DNA of 64,000 bases from Octopus vulgaris (lineage: Eukaryota). The stretch spans positions 40,424,001-40,488,000 of the forward strand of contig OX597826.1 in assembly GCA_951406725.2 (NCBI GenBank). The letters are read 5' to 3'. Shown one piece after another: positions 1 through 14,021 of this stretch. The notes below the pieces were generated by a model. That model was given only the letters and a program-made list of their open reading frames with translations. It did not search any database and had not been told where the DNA came from. The translations under genes were made by a program, and so were the position numbers. Position 1 is the first letter of the stretch. Each line of letters starts with the position of its first letter.

Positions 1-79
1 AACAATCGTCTCAGAAATCTATAGTGTATAATGCATGCACGCGCACGCACACACACATGCGCATACGCACACACACACG

Positions 80-150
<71 letters not shown>

Positions 151-152
<2 letters not shown>

Positions 153-381
153 TCTTTTACTTGTTCCAGTCATTTGTCTGTGGCCATGCTAGAGCACCAC
201 CTTTAGTCGAGCGAATGGACCCCAGGACTTATTCTTTGTAAGCCTAGTACTTATTCTATCGGTCTCTTTTGCCGAACCGCTAAGTTACGGGGACGTAAAC
301 ACACCAGCATCGGTTGTCAAACGATGTTGGGAGGACAAATACAAACGCATAAACACACACACACATACATACATACATACA

Positions 382-440
<59 letters not shown>

Positions 441-457
441 ATATATATATATATGTG

Positions 458-488
<31 letters not shown>

Positions 489-651
489 ACATATATACGA
501 CGGGCTTCTTTTAGTTTCCGTCTACCAAATCCACTCACAAGGCTTTGGTCGGCCCTAGGCTATAGTAGAAGACACTTGCCCAAGGTACCACGCAGTGGGA
601 ATGAACCCGGAACCATGCAGTTGGTAAGCAAGCTACTTAGCACACAGCCAC
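151..651 (-). mobile_element. tRNA-derived CORE-type SINE with internal microsatellite (family A)
   Basis: The minus strand has A-box-like TGGCTGTGTG, a B-box-like GGTTCATTCCC and the CORE-like ACCTTGGGCAAGT. An internal (TA/CATA)n tract precedes a conserved 3' half shared with at least 6 other copies in the window. Confidence 0.9.
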
Positions 652-753
<102 letters not shown>

Positions 754-1924
754 AGAGCGTAGGCTTGCATTTTTAAACCCGAGAATTATAAACGAAATAT
801 ATGACAATAGTGGCAGCATTTCTTATTCAACTGGTTACATGCAGTCAAATTTAATGAAGAAAAATAGTTATTTAGGGTATAAAGATTTCTGAGAGTATAA
901 ATACCGAAAGTATAGTAAATCTTCCTTGGCATTTGTAATCTTTAGTTTTATGGATTTTGTGCATATTTAAGAACGCTGTTTCTGATTTCATACAAAATAT
1001 AATCAATAATAAAAATGATTACTTTATATAATATAATACACGACCATCGCATTTATTAAATGTGCGTAGAATCCAGTTTTTCTGCAAGTGTATCAAATCA
1101 TATCTCAGTAATTTAAATGTTATTATCAATTCTAATAGTTGCACGACCACCTGAGTCAGCGTAATATCATATTATATTCCATCTCTTCTATATTTTTACA
1201 GTAGATCTACCCAGTGTTACTTTTGACATGCAAATGGAACACTAATTATATCCTAGAAACACAGAACTTCAGATAGTGAAGCAACTTAGCAACTAGATTA
1301 CACTAAGGTATATTACATGCAAAGATATATATGATTGGGTTGAGAGAATGTTGAACTATCGGACAAAGGTTTCATGATTTGTATCATGGCATCGTCACTC
1401 AAGAATATTGCTGCATATTGTTGATGATGACGTCATTTAACAACTAAAGGCAAGTCAGTTCATTTAATAGTAACGGGCATTTATAATTAACAGCTTATTT
1501 TTTGCCGTCTTTAGTCAATTACCAGTCTCTTGAGTCACTAAGATCGATATTATTAATGAGAGCTGTCAATCGATCGACAGTGAACTCTATTGATGTACAG
1601 AGAAGACCAATAGGAATCATCTTCTACCTTCTCTTCTAGCAGAAGGAATTGAGCCCATCTCTACAATGTCATATTTACGGTGTTACCTCAGACTAGAGTG
1701 GTGATTTGTTCTTACATTGAGGACAATCACTATGTCCATCTGAAATAAAACCACACTAACAGGAAATTACGAAGCTGTTACTTTTTTGTAGTTCTTCATT
1801 AACTTTTACATCTTCAGTTCTTCAATTCTGTTCTGCCAGAGAACTGAACTAAGTGAAACCCCTTTTCAACCAGCCCTATAAAACCTTGCAGCAAATTTAC
1901 ACGGAAATCAGAAAATTAGTCCAC

Positions 1925-2220
1925 AATCGTTCATACAAATATCTTGGAATAGACGAAATAGCTAAAATACAACACAGAAAGGAGAAAGAGAAAATTAGGA
2001 GAGAGTATTACAGAAGAGTTAAACTAATATTACACACTGAACTCAACGCTAGAAATAAGATAATCAGGATAAACGCTGACCATAACACTAATAAATTACA
2101 GCTTCAATATAATAAACAGGAAGATTAGTGAATTGAGAAACTTTGAAAAACCAAAAAACTATTAACAGATACTGAATTCACCTTCCCAAAGCAAACACAG
2201 GCAGAATATATCTATCCCAG
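1925..2220 (+). mobile_element. R4/Dong-type non-LTR retrotransposon RT-thumb fragment
   Basis: YKYLGIDE...IRREYYRRVKLILHTELNARNKIIRIN is the typical post-RT segment of RLE-type LINEs. Confidence 0.8.
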
Positions 2221-2229
2221 GACCACATT

Positions 2230-4340
2230 TAGTTCAAGGGTACTAGTTAAAGAAATTTAGTAGTTTACATGGGAGACTGGGGGAACAACTTCAGGATTTC
2301 CTAAATGAAGGAGTTATACCAAATTGGATGACTAGAGGGAGAGCAGTACTCCCTATGAAAGACAAAAGAAAGGGTAGTATAGCTAGTAATTGTAGATCGA
2401 TCCCTTGCTTACCATTAGTGTGGAAGCTGTTTCAGCAAGGATTTACAAAATCCTTGACAACTAGAATTTGCTGCAAGAACAGAAAGGTTGCAGGCAGAGG
2501 TCTAGAGTAATGCATAATATATTATCTATTATACATAGACAAAGCAGTTCCAAATTAAGTAAAAATCTAGATAGAAAAATTTAACAATAGCAAGGATAGA
2601 TTATAAGAAAGCCTATGACATGATCCCACACTCATGGATAAGTGAATGTTTGAGTATATTCAGTATTGCAGACAACATAAGAGAATTAATTAGCTTTAAC
2701 AAGAAGAAATGGAATATAGGTCTCTGCTCAGGTGACGCAGCCTTAGGAAAAGCCAATATCAAGAGAAGAATTTACCAAGGAGACTCGTTACCCCCTTTAA
2801 TATTTGTCTTATGTTTGATCAATTCAGTTTAGTATTAAGGAAGACAAAGGCAGGGTATCAGTTCAGAGGTAGTAAGGGAAAAAATTAATCATTTGCTCTA
2901 CGTGAATGATTTCAAGCCTTTTGGTAAGATAAAAACAAAACCAGGTAGATTCCTTAATACAAACTGTAAGACTCTTCAGCAAAGATATAATCATGGGAGT
3001 TAGCATAGATAAATGTACAATATTAGTCGTGAAAAGGGGACAAGTAGTCAACAGTCAAGGCATCCAATTACCAGATGGCTATACATTAAAATCACTGAAA
3101 GAAAGATGGCGTTATAAGTATCTAGGAGTTAGAATCTGACAAAATACTAACTATAGACATGAAAACGATAGTTGAGGAGTACATCAGAAGGGTGAGAAAG
3201 TTAATGAAGCCAAAGCAAAATGGTCCAAATCTAGTGAAGGCTGTAAATACTTGGGCACTGTATTACTTAGATACTCAGCGGCTTTTGTAGATTTGACAAA
3301 ATCTGAATTGGCAAAGCTAGACAGAATTAGGAAGGAAATCAATACGAATGGAAAACTCCAACAAGAGCAGGAGTAGCAAGATTATACTTACCTAAAAAGG
3401 AAACTGGAAGAGGGTTAATATCAGTAAAAGACTGTGTGGAGTTAACATAGACGCCTATGTAGGTAATGGTGAAGAATGTTTATTGAGAGCTGCTAGAATC
3501 ACAGTAGGATATAATGAAACCAAAGTTAAGTTAAAAACTAGAAAAATAAGAAAGATCATCTGACTATCAAGAGAGGGCTTTGCATGATAGATTCTCAAAG
3601 ATAATTGCAGGAAATAGTAATAGTGAGAAATGGTTCAGGCTGAATAGGGAGACAGAAAGTTGGTTAGTAGCAGCTCAGGATCAAGCATTAAGGACTAATT
3701 GGATAAAAGCCAAAATACACAAAAACCAACTAGATTCCAAATGTAGGTGATGTAAATCAAAAGAAGAAATTGTTACTTGTATAAGAAATCAATTAGCATG
3801 CTGGCACAGAAAGAATACATTAAAATACATGACAACCTAAGGAGAATAATCTACTGTTATGCAGAAAGCTAGGATTTGATCACACTGACAAATGGTATTA
3901 ATATGAACCTCGTAAAGTACTAGAAAGTAGGAAATATAAGATGTTTAACATTCCGACGGACAGAATAATAGACGCTAAAAAGCCTGATTTAATAGATGGA
4001 GATAAAGAAAATAGAAAGTGCCAGATAACTGACTTTATAGTCCTAAGTGATATGAAAGTCAATATAAGAAATATAGAGAAAATATCAAAGTGCCAGGCTC
4101 TCGCCATTGAATAACAGAGACTATAGAAAGTGCTGGTAAAATGTATCCCATTAGCTATAAATGCGTTAGGAATTATCACTAAAGATTTGAACAGCAGGTT
4201 CGAAGAAATAGGCATGCAATCCAGTTTAATACAGCTCCAGAAACAGTGTTATTAGGACAGCTAGAATACTGAAGAGAAATGTTTTGCATCTAACGTTGTA
4301 TGATGTAGCCCGGTTTCAGGAATCTTTCTTTTCCAATTTT
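2230..4340 (+). mobile_element. Decayed R4/Dong-clade LINE (RT + Zn knuckle + restriction-like endonuclease), 5'-truncated
   Basis: Ordered motifs across frameshifts: IPCLPLVWKL, DYKKAYDMIPHSWI, IYQGDSLPPLIF, INHLLYVND, YKYLGV, RLYLPKKETGRGL, AAQDQALRTNW, KCR.CK, TDRIIDAKKPDL. Many stops; followed by (GAA)n. Confidence 0.9.
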
Positions 4341-4361
4341 CTAATCTGTTGTGCGTATATG

Positions 4362-4522
4362 AAAGAAGAAGAAGAAGAAGAAGAAGAAGAAGAAGAAGAA
4401 GAAGAAGAAGAAGAAGAAGAAGAAGAAGAAGAAGAAGAAGAAGAAGAAGAAGAAGAAGAAGAAGAAGAAGAAGAAGAAGAAGAAGAAGAAGAAGAAGAAG
4501 AAGAAGAAGAAGAAGAAGAAGA
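4362..4522. repeat. (GAA)n microsatellite; similar tracts at 5330-5491 and 59701-59948
   Basis: Direct reading of the sequence. Confidence 0.98.
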
Positions 4523-4649
4523 ATCAACAATAGGAACAAGCCTAAAATTCTCATATAGATTTTCTCATCATTTGGGACTGTAAAATCAGTTGTCTGGCAC
4601 ATTCTACACTCATCATCATCATCATCATCATCATGATAATAATAATTGT

Positions 4650-5208
4650 AAATGCCCTGATGCAGTATCAAGCAGTGGCTTTCATAGCTCACGATCTTAA
4701 CTGATTGGAAGTGTTATCATGTGCATTGTTTTGTCTTGGTATGAAATATGGGATACAGCAAATATTCTGTTCAGTATCACATATTTGCTTGTCAGTTGCT
4801 TGACCATAACCAGCTAAGCATCTCCCTTATTGGCTGATGATTATATCTGCTTTTCTGATCACGAGCAGAAGTAGTGGGGGAGCATCATAGCCATGCGTTG
4901 AGAAGAATTCTTTGGGATTTGGATAATTCACCTCTAGGAACATGGGTGTTTTGTTCATCATCCTTAACGCTTATTCAGATATCTTTTGAGCGGGATGGGC
5001 TTCACGAGCCGGAGAAAATTTCTAACTGGGCCCCACCTGCAAGGTCATACGCTGTTTATCTTGATAAGAGATCACTATGTCACGCACATATGGTTATGAT
5101 GAATGTGCCTGGTGTACATTTATCAGACGGGCAGTCACGTTGGGTATACTGGGCTCCGTATATTTTATCCCAGTGTCACTTTGATGGCATGCAATGTTCT
5201 CTCACTCA
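4650..5208. mobile_element. ~560-bp non-coding interspersed repeat inserted in AAT/ATT-rich microsatellite (copy 1)
   Basis: Colinear and clearly homologous with 61166-61724 (AATGCCCTGATGCAGTA...CTCACTCAAT). Both copies are flanked by trinucleotide repeats. Confidence 0.85.
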
Positions 5209-5250
5209 ATGATAACAATAATGATATCATTATTATTATTATTATTACTA

Positions 5251-5323
<73 letters not shown>

Positions 5324-5819
5324 TAATATGAAGAAGATGAAGAAGATGAAGAAGAAGAAGAAGAAGAAGAAGAAGAAGAAGAAGAAGAAGAAGAAGAAGA
5401 AGAAGAAGAAGAAGAAGAAGAAGAAGAAGAAGAAGAAGAAGAAGAAGAAGAAGAAGAAGAAGAAGAAGAAGAAGAAGAAGAAGAAGAAGAATATGACAAT
5501 TGGAGAGATGTATACGAATGTGTTAGAGAAAATATACAAAATTAATAAGAATGCAAAATATCGTGACGAAAATTTAAAAAGCGGAAAGTGGGAAAAACAG
5601 AGGAGAAGAGAAGGGGGCATAAAAAAGTATGCAATTGGGCGATGAGAAAGAATAGAAGGGGTAGTAAGGAAGAAGTAGTAAGAAATTTACTGCTTTACCC
5701 TACATATTGTGAAGTGTAGTATACAAACATGAATAAGGTCACGTGCATATATATATATATATATATGTGTGTATGTATGCGTGTGGGGGGTGCGTGTGTG
5801 TGTGTTTGTGTGTGCGCGA

Positions 5820-5959
<140 letters not shown>

Positions 5960-5994
5960 GTATGTGTGCATATATATATATAAACGTGTGAGTG

Positions 5995-6033
<39 letters not shown>

Positions 6034-6337
6034 CACCAGAGAAATGGAGGTGAAGTTAAATTATATAGTTTAAATGCTACTAGAATGCATCTTCGAAATA
6101 AATGAGTTCAAATACAAGAACAACAGTTTACACTTTACTTTTAAAGTGTAAAGAGTTGTTCCATCGTCCCATTTTCTGTTTTCACTCCTATGTTCCAAAT
6201 TTGCATAATTTTGCTTTTAAGCAAATTCGCTTCTGAATATCACACACGACTTTAGTCAAACTACTATGCTACTCCCCTATATACTTATGTACGCGTATGT
6301 GAATCCACACGCACGCACATATATACATATATAAATA

Positions 6338-6400
<63 letters not shown>

Positions 6401-6560
6401 ATGTATGTATGTATGTATGTATGTATGTATGTACGTATGTATGTATGTATGTACGTATGTATGTATATATATATATATATACATACATACACATACATAT
6501 GCATATACATATACGTGTGTGTTAATATATATGAACATATACATATATATGTGACTGTAA

Positions 6561-6608
<48 letters not shown>

Positions 6609-6612
6609 GTAA

Positions 6613-6659
<47 letters not shown>

Positions 6660-7549
6660 GATACAGAGGTTCAGAGAGAGGGAGAGAGATCTGAAGTCGG
6701 TGAGTTTTAACTAAATTCGGGAAAACAATTTTCTCATTCAATTTAAAAGCAGCATTAGCGCCATGTCAGAAATATGTATGATTGATGAGAAAAACTTTAT
6801 AACAGTTTGAATTTTTATTTAAAATGCAGAGGATTTCTAAAGCTACTGTATGCCAATTATTGTAGTGATTCCACTTCAGCTAAAATAGCCATTAGTTAAA
6901 TCCTATTTTCACGTAGAAAATATATTTCAGGTTTTGAGGAATGGCGGAATCATAAGTGCGCTTGAATATTGCAAATATTCTTAACCATTTATAAATGTGA
7001 ATTTTATAGATTTCTTGTCATAAAATTTCCATTGTTCCTAATGTAATTGAAAACATGATCAACAGTTAAACCGACACTTGATAGAGATTGTTCATGTTTT
7101 AAATATAGCAGCAGTAAATTATAAGAGGCTCTTATATTGTAGAAACGCATTAACAAAAAAATCTATTAAACGTTTGTAATATTCAGTTTTACTACTTATG
7201 CATCAAATCATTTGCTAGCAATTACGAAATATAAAAGTTACGTAAACAAATGATGTCAACGCAAAGCCACACAATGTTATAACTCTTCTATATTGTACAA
7301 TATATTATTTTGCCTTGCCACGACAATACTTTTGATAGAGGAAATACTGTGCAACTAGAATGTATGTAAAATTGCGGATATTTGAGTTGAGAGAATGTGA
7401 GACTTGCAGATAAAAAAAACTGGTCAAAACATGCCATCGGCACTCGATGGCACTGCTGTAAATCATTGATGGCGTCACGTGGCAACCAATGGTAGGTCAG
7501 TTCATTTAACAGTGGCGAAAATTTATAATAAACGGGTTATTTTTACCGT

Positions 7550-8423
7550 AAATAAATCCGATACTATTAATCAAGGATATCTGTCAATCTATTGTGAACT
7601 CTATTTAGGTACACCATGTCTCCTACTTTTTTGATAACAGGAACAATTGAATTCATCTCTTCAAAATGAAAAAACCGTTTTTCAGAGCAGTGAATTGTTT
7701 CCACCGGTATCTACCGAATGTGGCAGGCTTGTGTTCCAGAGTGCTCTTTCCTATGAGCACACACAGTTTCTGAACTATTTCCCGGTCTTTCTTTCTTCTT
7801 TTGCACTTGCAGGCGGCAAGCTGAGCTTACAGCGTCTTGTCTCAAAACATGTGTTATTTGAATACTTGTCTTGGTTTTCCAAAGTCTTATAAGCTGGAGA
7901 AATGCGATGCTGTTCATTCAACTTTTTCGACCTGTGGATCTTCATGCCGCACACAGTGGAGACGCTACTTCTACAAATACATAAGAATCCCATTTGTCTT
8001 GCGCTCATAATCCGATTTAGATTCCTACTCCTAAGGTTTATTTTACCAATGGGTTCATAATTCTCACCCATTTTCGGTGAACTCTGAGAGTATCTTTCAT
8101 TGCTGGAACTCGTAACCTTATAATATCGATGGTAAAGCGGAAGCGAAGCCTCAGAGCTTGTGTTTCTAGTCGTTCATTATATCACCCGATCTTTCTCGGA
8201 CGTCCTCCGGCCTGTTCTCGGAAATCAGTGATCTAGCCATGTGTCAACAGAGCTGAACAGCAGAGGCTCCTCTGGCAAGAGTTTCATACTGCATACGGGT
8301 CATTACTCCTGGCCACCCTATTGCTGGCACTTTTTATTCTCTTGGATATCGAAGTCGTATGCATTTAAATCACTTGAAGAGTTCATATAGTTGTAACTTC
8401 ACTCCATTGACTCAGCTTTCAAA
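7550..8423 (-). pseudogene. Candidate decayed large terminal exon of an unidentified gene (Cys-containing segments)
   Basis: Polypyrimidine tract plus AG acceptor (ttttttaactataag) at 8424. Long non-repetitive reading-frame stretches are broken by stops and frameshifts. The 3' part is homologous to 1400-1670. Confidence 0.35.
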
Positions 8424-8569
8424 CTTATAGTTAAAAAAGAAAAAAAACATTACTTGTTATGATAGCAGTTAAAAGTCAAGGCTATCAGAATGACTCACAC
8501 AGAATTATCTCCCTTAGCGTTAAAATACCAAAATATTATGTTCAAAACATAAGGAAGGTGTTCTTGTTC

Positions 8570-8900
8570 CTCCTCTACTCTTCTCTCAGTCTGTGGGCCG
8601 GACTGGGTTATTCTATTCTGTTTTCAAACGTCACTGTGAGTTCAATCAAAATCAGTCGCTTTGATGAATCGGCATGGATTATCATATCCGGCCTCAAGCC
8701 AGTCTTCTTAATGATATCTGGTTGTTTGTTGATCCTGGGACTGCTGAGAGCTCCTCGTCATTCGCACCACCTAGAAGATTCCTTTCTTATGCTCCGTATA
8801 GCATAGCTAATCCTGGCCATGATTTGCTGCTTCCTACCGTATAGAGTGTTGATGGAAATTCTGGTTTCACTCTTCCCGTATTTACCACGTATACTATCTC
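8570..8900 (-). mobile_element. RLE-type (NeSL/HERO/R2-like) non-LTR retrotransposon endonuclease fragment
   Basis: The minus-strand translation GLRPDMIIHADSSKRLILIELTVTFENRIE matches the RPD...xE restriction-like endonuclease motif. Confidence 0.75.
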
Positions 8901-9639
8901 ATTAAGCACTTTGGTTGTGCCTCCGTGTGTAACTTCTTATTTATGTTTTTATAAATTATTTATTATTCTATAAGCTATTTATGAAAGCTATTTATTTGCA
9001 GCAATAGATGCAACAATAAAATATGCTGAGCGTCTCATATAAATAGCAGCTATTTAAAAGAAGACTTCATAAAAAAAGCATTTATGAATACAGAACGTTT
9101 AAAGAGAAAAAGTATATTATATAAAATGTTATTTATTTTTTAAACCACAAAATATTTTAATGTCGAAGAGTCAAATTACTATTTTCACGAATTACAAAAT
9201 GAATACATGCGTACATACATACATACATACATACATACATACATACATACATACATACATACATACATGCATACAAAAGTGGGTACTTGCACACATACAT
9301 ACACATCTAGATATTGACATATATACACATGGGTTCCTGCAGTATTTTGACATTATACATATATATTAACATACATGCACACATAAATATGTGCTCTTGC
9401 ATACATATACGCACACACACACATACATACATACAAGCATACATACATACATACTTAGATAAATACATACATACATACAAGCATACATACATACATACAT
9501 AAATACATACATAGGTACATACATACATGCATGCATACATACACAATCGAACACAGATACATATATGAATACAAATATTTCTAATCAACCATTTGTATAC
9601 AGGATAATACAGAATAACTATATTTTTGTCTAAAGAATC

Positions 9640-10600
9640 ATTTCTCCGGAAGATCTGAAATCTCTTTGGTCTAAGATCTAGAATCAAAGGAGATAATTTT
9701 ATCAGAATTCTTAATGTTTAGCCATTATCAAGAAACAATTCTCTACGAACAACAGTAAAATAGACGTTGTAACTTTCGCTAAAGTTATAGAAAAGCTGCA
9801 AAATAGGAAGGTACCAGGGAGAGACAATATTTGGAAATTGGTAAAAGATTTTGACCTTCTATAGAAAGTCGCACTTCCGAAGAACTATTAAGGTCTTGCT
9901 TTACCATAGCACAGACAAAAGAACTCTAAGCTTATTGCTTTCTTTGTTTTTCAGTCACGAGAGAAAGTAATGCCTATGTCCCTTCACAGGGCTTCTGAGA
10001 CGAGGGAAATTCGAAAGTACCTTTAAAACTGAGGCCAAATTCTTGCAACATAGTGGGTTTCGCTGAAGGTACCCATGGTACCAGGTGGTGGCGCTAAACC
10101 ATGGTGTGACTTTAATGGCCCTGCCCATTCACTGCTGTATAATTTTTGTAGAAACTGTACACAAGCTGTCTTAAATTCCTTCAATGCCATTTCATTTGAC
10201 ATTTTAGTTATTGAGGAACATGTAAGTCGAAAGAACAGGTTGTAGGAATACAGGGAACATTTTATAAAGTGTGATAATAGAATTGAAAAACACGGAAGGA
10301 ACATCAGCGTTCGATTTCAGAAATGCACTCAATTCTCCTCTCACGGATACTGAAATCACTGTAGTTGGTTTCCACAACTGCTGCCTTGGCTGCTGCCATT
10401 GAAAAGTTTAATAGTCCTGCTCAGCAATCCTTACACGGGTAACTGATATTACATATATTGCAAAGGGAGTATTAAAAGAGGATAGCTTTACTGTTCTCCA
10501 ATTTATTTCGGCACTAAATCTTCTCTTCCAAAATTATCAGATATATACAAGGATACTTTTTGTAAAGAAAATGACAACAGGTGACACACGTTGCTGAGTT
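9640..10600 (+). mobile_element. Two short R4/Dong-like RT remnants (about 9640-9880 and 10440-10600) separated by unrelated sequence
   Basis: KLQNRKVPGRDNI resembles the pre-RT K.PG.D motif. KGVLKEDSF...ALN resembles a degenerate GxxQGDS motif. Confidence 0.45.
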
Positions 10601-11199
10601 ATAGTAGTGGGAGACCGCTAGATCTCTTGTTATTACAGGAAAGAATTTGTCCAAAAGAAACTTTTAAATTCGACAGTTACTTTACTTCAGTGTTCTTTGT
10701 TCCACGCAATGTAACAAATAATTCAATATTGATAAAAATACCTAGGTATTTATAACTAATATACAAAGTTATATCTTGGAAGGATCATTACACCAGTTAT
10801 AATAACACACGCGCTGATTCAATATCACTTCTTTATTGTTTGTCAATTGGCTCCAAAGTTGCTCTCATAAAAATGTGTGACTAAGAAATTTTTTCGAACT
10901 GAAAATCTATAGGAGTCAAAGATTTTATCTTACAGCAAGACAATACCCTACACTATATTTGTAGTAACACTACTGACACTAACATATAGGATTCTTGACT
11001 GGTCTATAGAGGACTCTAGACATTAAAACCCTGCAAGATCTTGACGCCAACTGAAAATCTCAGAAGAAAATTGAAAGGTGGATTCACTTCGGTTCATCCT
11101 TTAATATACACACAGCAACTGCTAAACAACGGCAGCAAAATTACATACTGTAGCTAACACCTCAAAAGTTAATTGAAAGACATTCTATGTATTCCTTCA

Positions 11200-11890
11200 T
11201 TCCAAATATTATGGATTTATTCTATAGGTGGATGTTACGGTTCTACTGCCGAATCAACACACACTGCGACACTAGTCACCTGAGGCAGCTCAACGTATGC
11301 CCGATCATCGCCAGTAGAAAATCCCCACTCTGGAAAATTGAATGGCTGGCTCTTAGTATGGCTACTCAAACGGCTACTAGCACACATACCAGCACACCTG
11401 GAGAGCAACTGGCAACTTATCGAACTTCTCCGTAAGTTTCAACTAAAAACTATCATGGATCGCAACTAGGGTTTCAGCCGAGATGTACAATCCATGTATA
11501 CCAGTATATGGCCGGCTGATGCCATACGAACTACTGAAGAACGGCTAGAAAGCGACTAGAAGCTGGCAGCAAACTTCTCACTAACGAACCTCAGACCCAT
11601 CCTTGAATTCTGCAATGCCGACACCTACTTCCTGCACAAAAGCACCACGCTCTGACAATACAGCAACCCTCACAAAGGGATCGAAACTCAGTGGGATCCT
11701 GGACACCGTTACTTTGGGTGGCCTGAAACGCAAGGCCCTACATGCAGGATGGCACATCACATTATACCGAGAAAACCTCGATGATGCCCTTCTCCTAACT
11801 TGCTCTAGGGACGAGGCAACCAGGATTCACGATATCTTCAACAACTTCTACCACAACATCCATTTCAGCATTGACTACACAACCGTGAAT
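11200..11890 (+). mobile_element. Penelope-like element reverse transcriptase fragment
   Basis: PIIASRKSP, DVQSMYTSI, GSKLSGIL, YRENLDD (degenerate YxDD) and FNNFYHNIHFSIDY occur in the order expected for a PLE RT. Confidence 0.75.
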
Positions 11891-11899
11891 GGTTCGCCA

Positions 11900-13240
11900 A
11901 GCCGCTTGGCTCTCAATGTTTCATTTGCCTTGGGTCATTGCAAACGCATGGCCCTCAAAGTGTGATGTGATGTAGTAGTCTTGTGTCCAAGAGAGACTGC
12001 GCTTCGTGTCAATTCTACTGTCTTCTTCCAGTTTCCGGCAACATGCCCATGCAAACTCTTGTTTTGTATGCTGTGTGCTTTCCATCCAAGTCTTCTCTGA
12101 GGTAAGAGAGCCCAGCTGTTTTAGGACAATATAGGAGATCATGAGAAAGAGATTTTTTTTCTTGGGGAGCTCACTGCCAACTCGAACATTGTTATTCTCT
12201 TCACTCTTCAGCACTGCATTAATATATTTATTTTTGCTGCTGTTGTTTAGCCTGAGTGACACCATACGGCATTCGAAGGCCGTCTGCACTGATCTCAGGC
12301 CTCTACCACCGTCATTTCTTCTTAGGTAGAGACTGTCAACATTACTGTTTCTGTGAAAGTTCCCAGTTGTTGTCAGGATTTTGCGGATTATGATATCTAT
12401 GGTGTGGATTTCCTCTACAGACCAATCAAGTGTCCTAAATGTTGGGATCAGCACTAGTACTGCAAAAGCATTGTGGGATATTGCTTTGTTGTAAGAGGAG
12501 AGTTCTGACTGCCATATTTTCCTAAGTTCGGTGTAATATTGTTGGGTCACTCTATTTTTGTTCATATACCTTCATATGATACATTTTCATCTATGCCTAG
12601 ATACTTGTAGCATTCTTTGTGTGGAATGGGGGAGATAGAGATGCACAGGTTTTGGGTGTGGGGGACTAACTTTCTTCGTTCTATAACCAAATATGAACAT
12701 TTCTTTTGATCAAACACCGTGCCTATATCAGCTTAAAATGTTGTTATTAATTCCAGGTGTGTTTTTTTTTTGGGGGGGGGGCATTACTAACACTTTTAGC
12801 ATAAATTTTCAGGACGTCTACGAAGAAATTGAGTGACATTCTATTTCTAGCAGCTGAAGATCGTAACATGTAACCATGTGTTTTCTGCAGTAGGAACGGT
12901 AATGGATTCATGGATTCAGTGCCAAAATGAAAATAAGTACAAAAAGACTATCTCTCTGGAATATTCCCTTTGAAATGCCTATACTATCAAAAACAATTAT
13001 TCTATTCTCAGTTGTAAGGGTAAGAATTGTTGACTGTGTCTTTGTGAGTCTCTCTGTAGCAGCAATTAAGGTAGTAGGTACTTTTGAAAGATGTGGGCGC
13101 TTCAACAGGCATGAATGTGAAATAGAGTTGAATGCCTTCTTATAGTCAAGCCATACTGTCACACGGTTTCTACATTGTTTTCTTACTTCAGGCAGTACAG
13201 TTTTGTTTATTAAAAGTTGTTCGGCGCATCCCCACACTTC
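11900..13240 (-). mobile_element. Decayed R4/Dong-type LINE RT region (second family)
   Basis: GCAEQLLINK, WLDYKKAFNSISH, GIFQRDSL, FFVDVLK, YKYLGIDE, LYLRRNDGGRGL and SHFEGHAFA. Confidence 0.9.
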
Positions 13241-13535
13241 CTTCTTTCCATCAGTCTCTGTATGTATGTATGTATGTATGTATGTATGTATGTATGTATG
13301 TATGTATGTATGTATGCGTGTGTGTATGCGTGTATGTATGTATGTATGTATGTATGTATGTATGTATGTATGTATGTATGTATGTGTGTATGTATGTATG
13401 TATGTATGTATGTATGTATGTATGTATGTATGTATGTATGTATGTGTAGTTGTCTGATTATTGTATCAACCAGACAACATTTGGTTGATACAATGATATA
13501 CGTGCATATATAAAGCTCCTTTCCGTCTCCCATAT

Positions 13536-13757
13536 GCTCATGAGGTCTGTTTCCCGGATTCCCTGGCGTATATGCTACCCCTTGACGGTACTCTGGTCCA
13601 TCGTAGGAATGCTCACTTTTGCCAGGTGAGAGGACTGGAGCAACGCAAAATTAAGTGTTATGCTTCAGAACACAATGCACCACCCGGTCCAGAAAGCGAA
13701 ATCACAATCTTACGATCACGAATCAATACCCGAACCACTGAGCTGCGCATCTCGACT
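13536..13757 (-). mobile_element. Degenerate tRNA-derived SINE (family D, V/Meta-SINE-like body)
   Basis: Head GCGCAGCTCAGTGGTT with a degenerate B-box. The body CCTACGATGGACCAGAGTACCGTCAAGGGG resembles the conserved central domain of such SINEs. Confidence 0.55.
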
Positions 13758-13810
13758 ACAAACAAATACACACACACACACACACACCAACACACACACA
13801 CACACACAAA

Positions 13811-13851
<41 letters not shown>

Positions 13852-13975
13852 TCACAGACTCACACACTGACATTTGGACTCTATGTAAGTTAAATCTATT
13901 ATATAAATATCTATATATTTATGCTCAAATATTCATCGTCTGAAAGTCTCCACTTTTTGCTTTCTCCCGTTTCGC

Positions 13976-14021
<46 letters not shown>

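Noticed and set aside
4834-4875. CTGATGA / CTGACGA (61350) in the 560-bp element as a hammerhead
   Set aside because: Followed by GAAG rather than GAAA, with no convincing stems I or III.
9900-10430. 93-aa minus-strand ORF as a processed pseudogene
   Set aside because: No recognisable motif, poly(A) tail or TSD; left unassigned.
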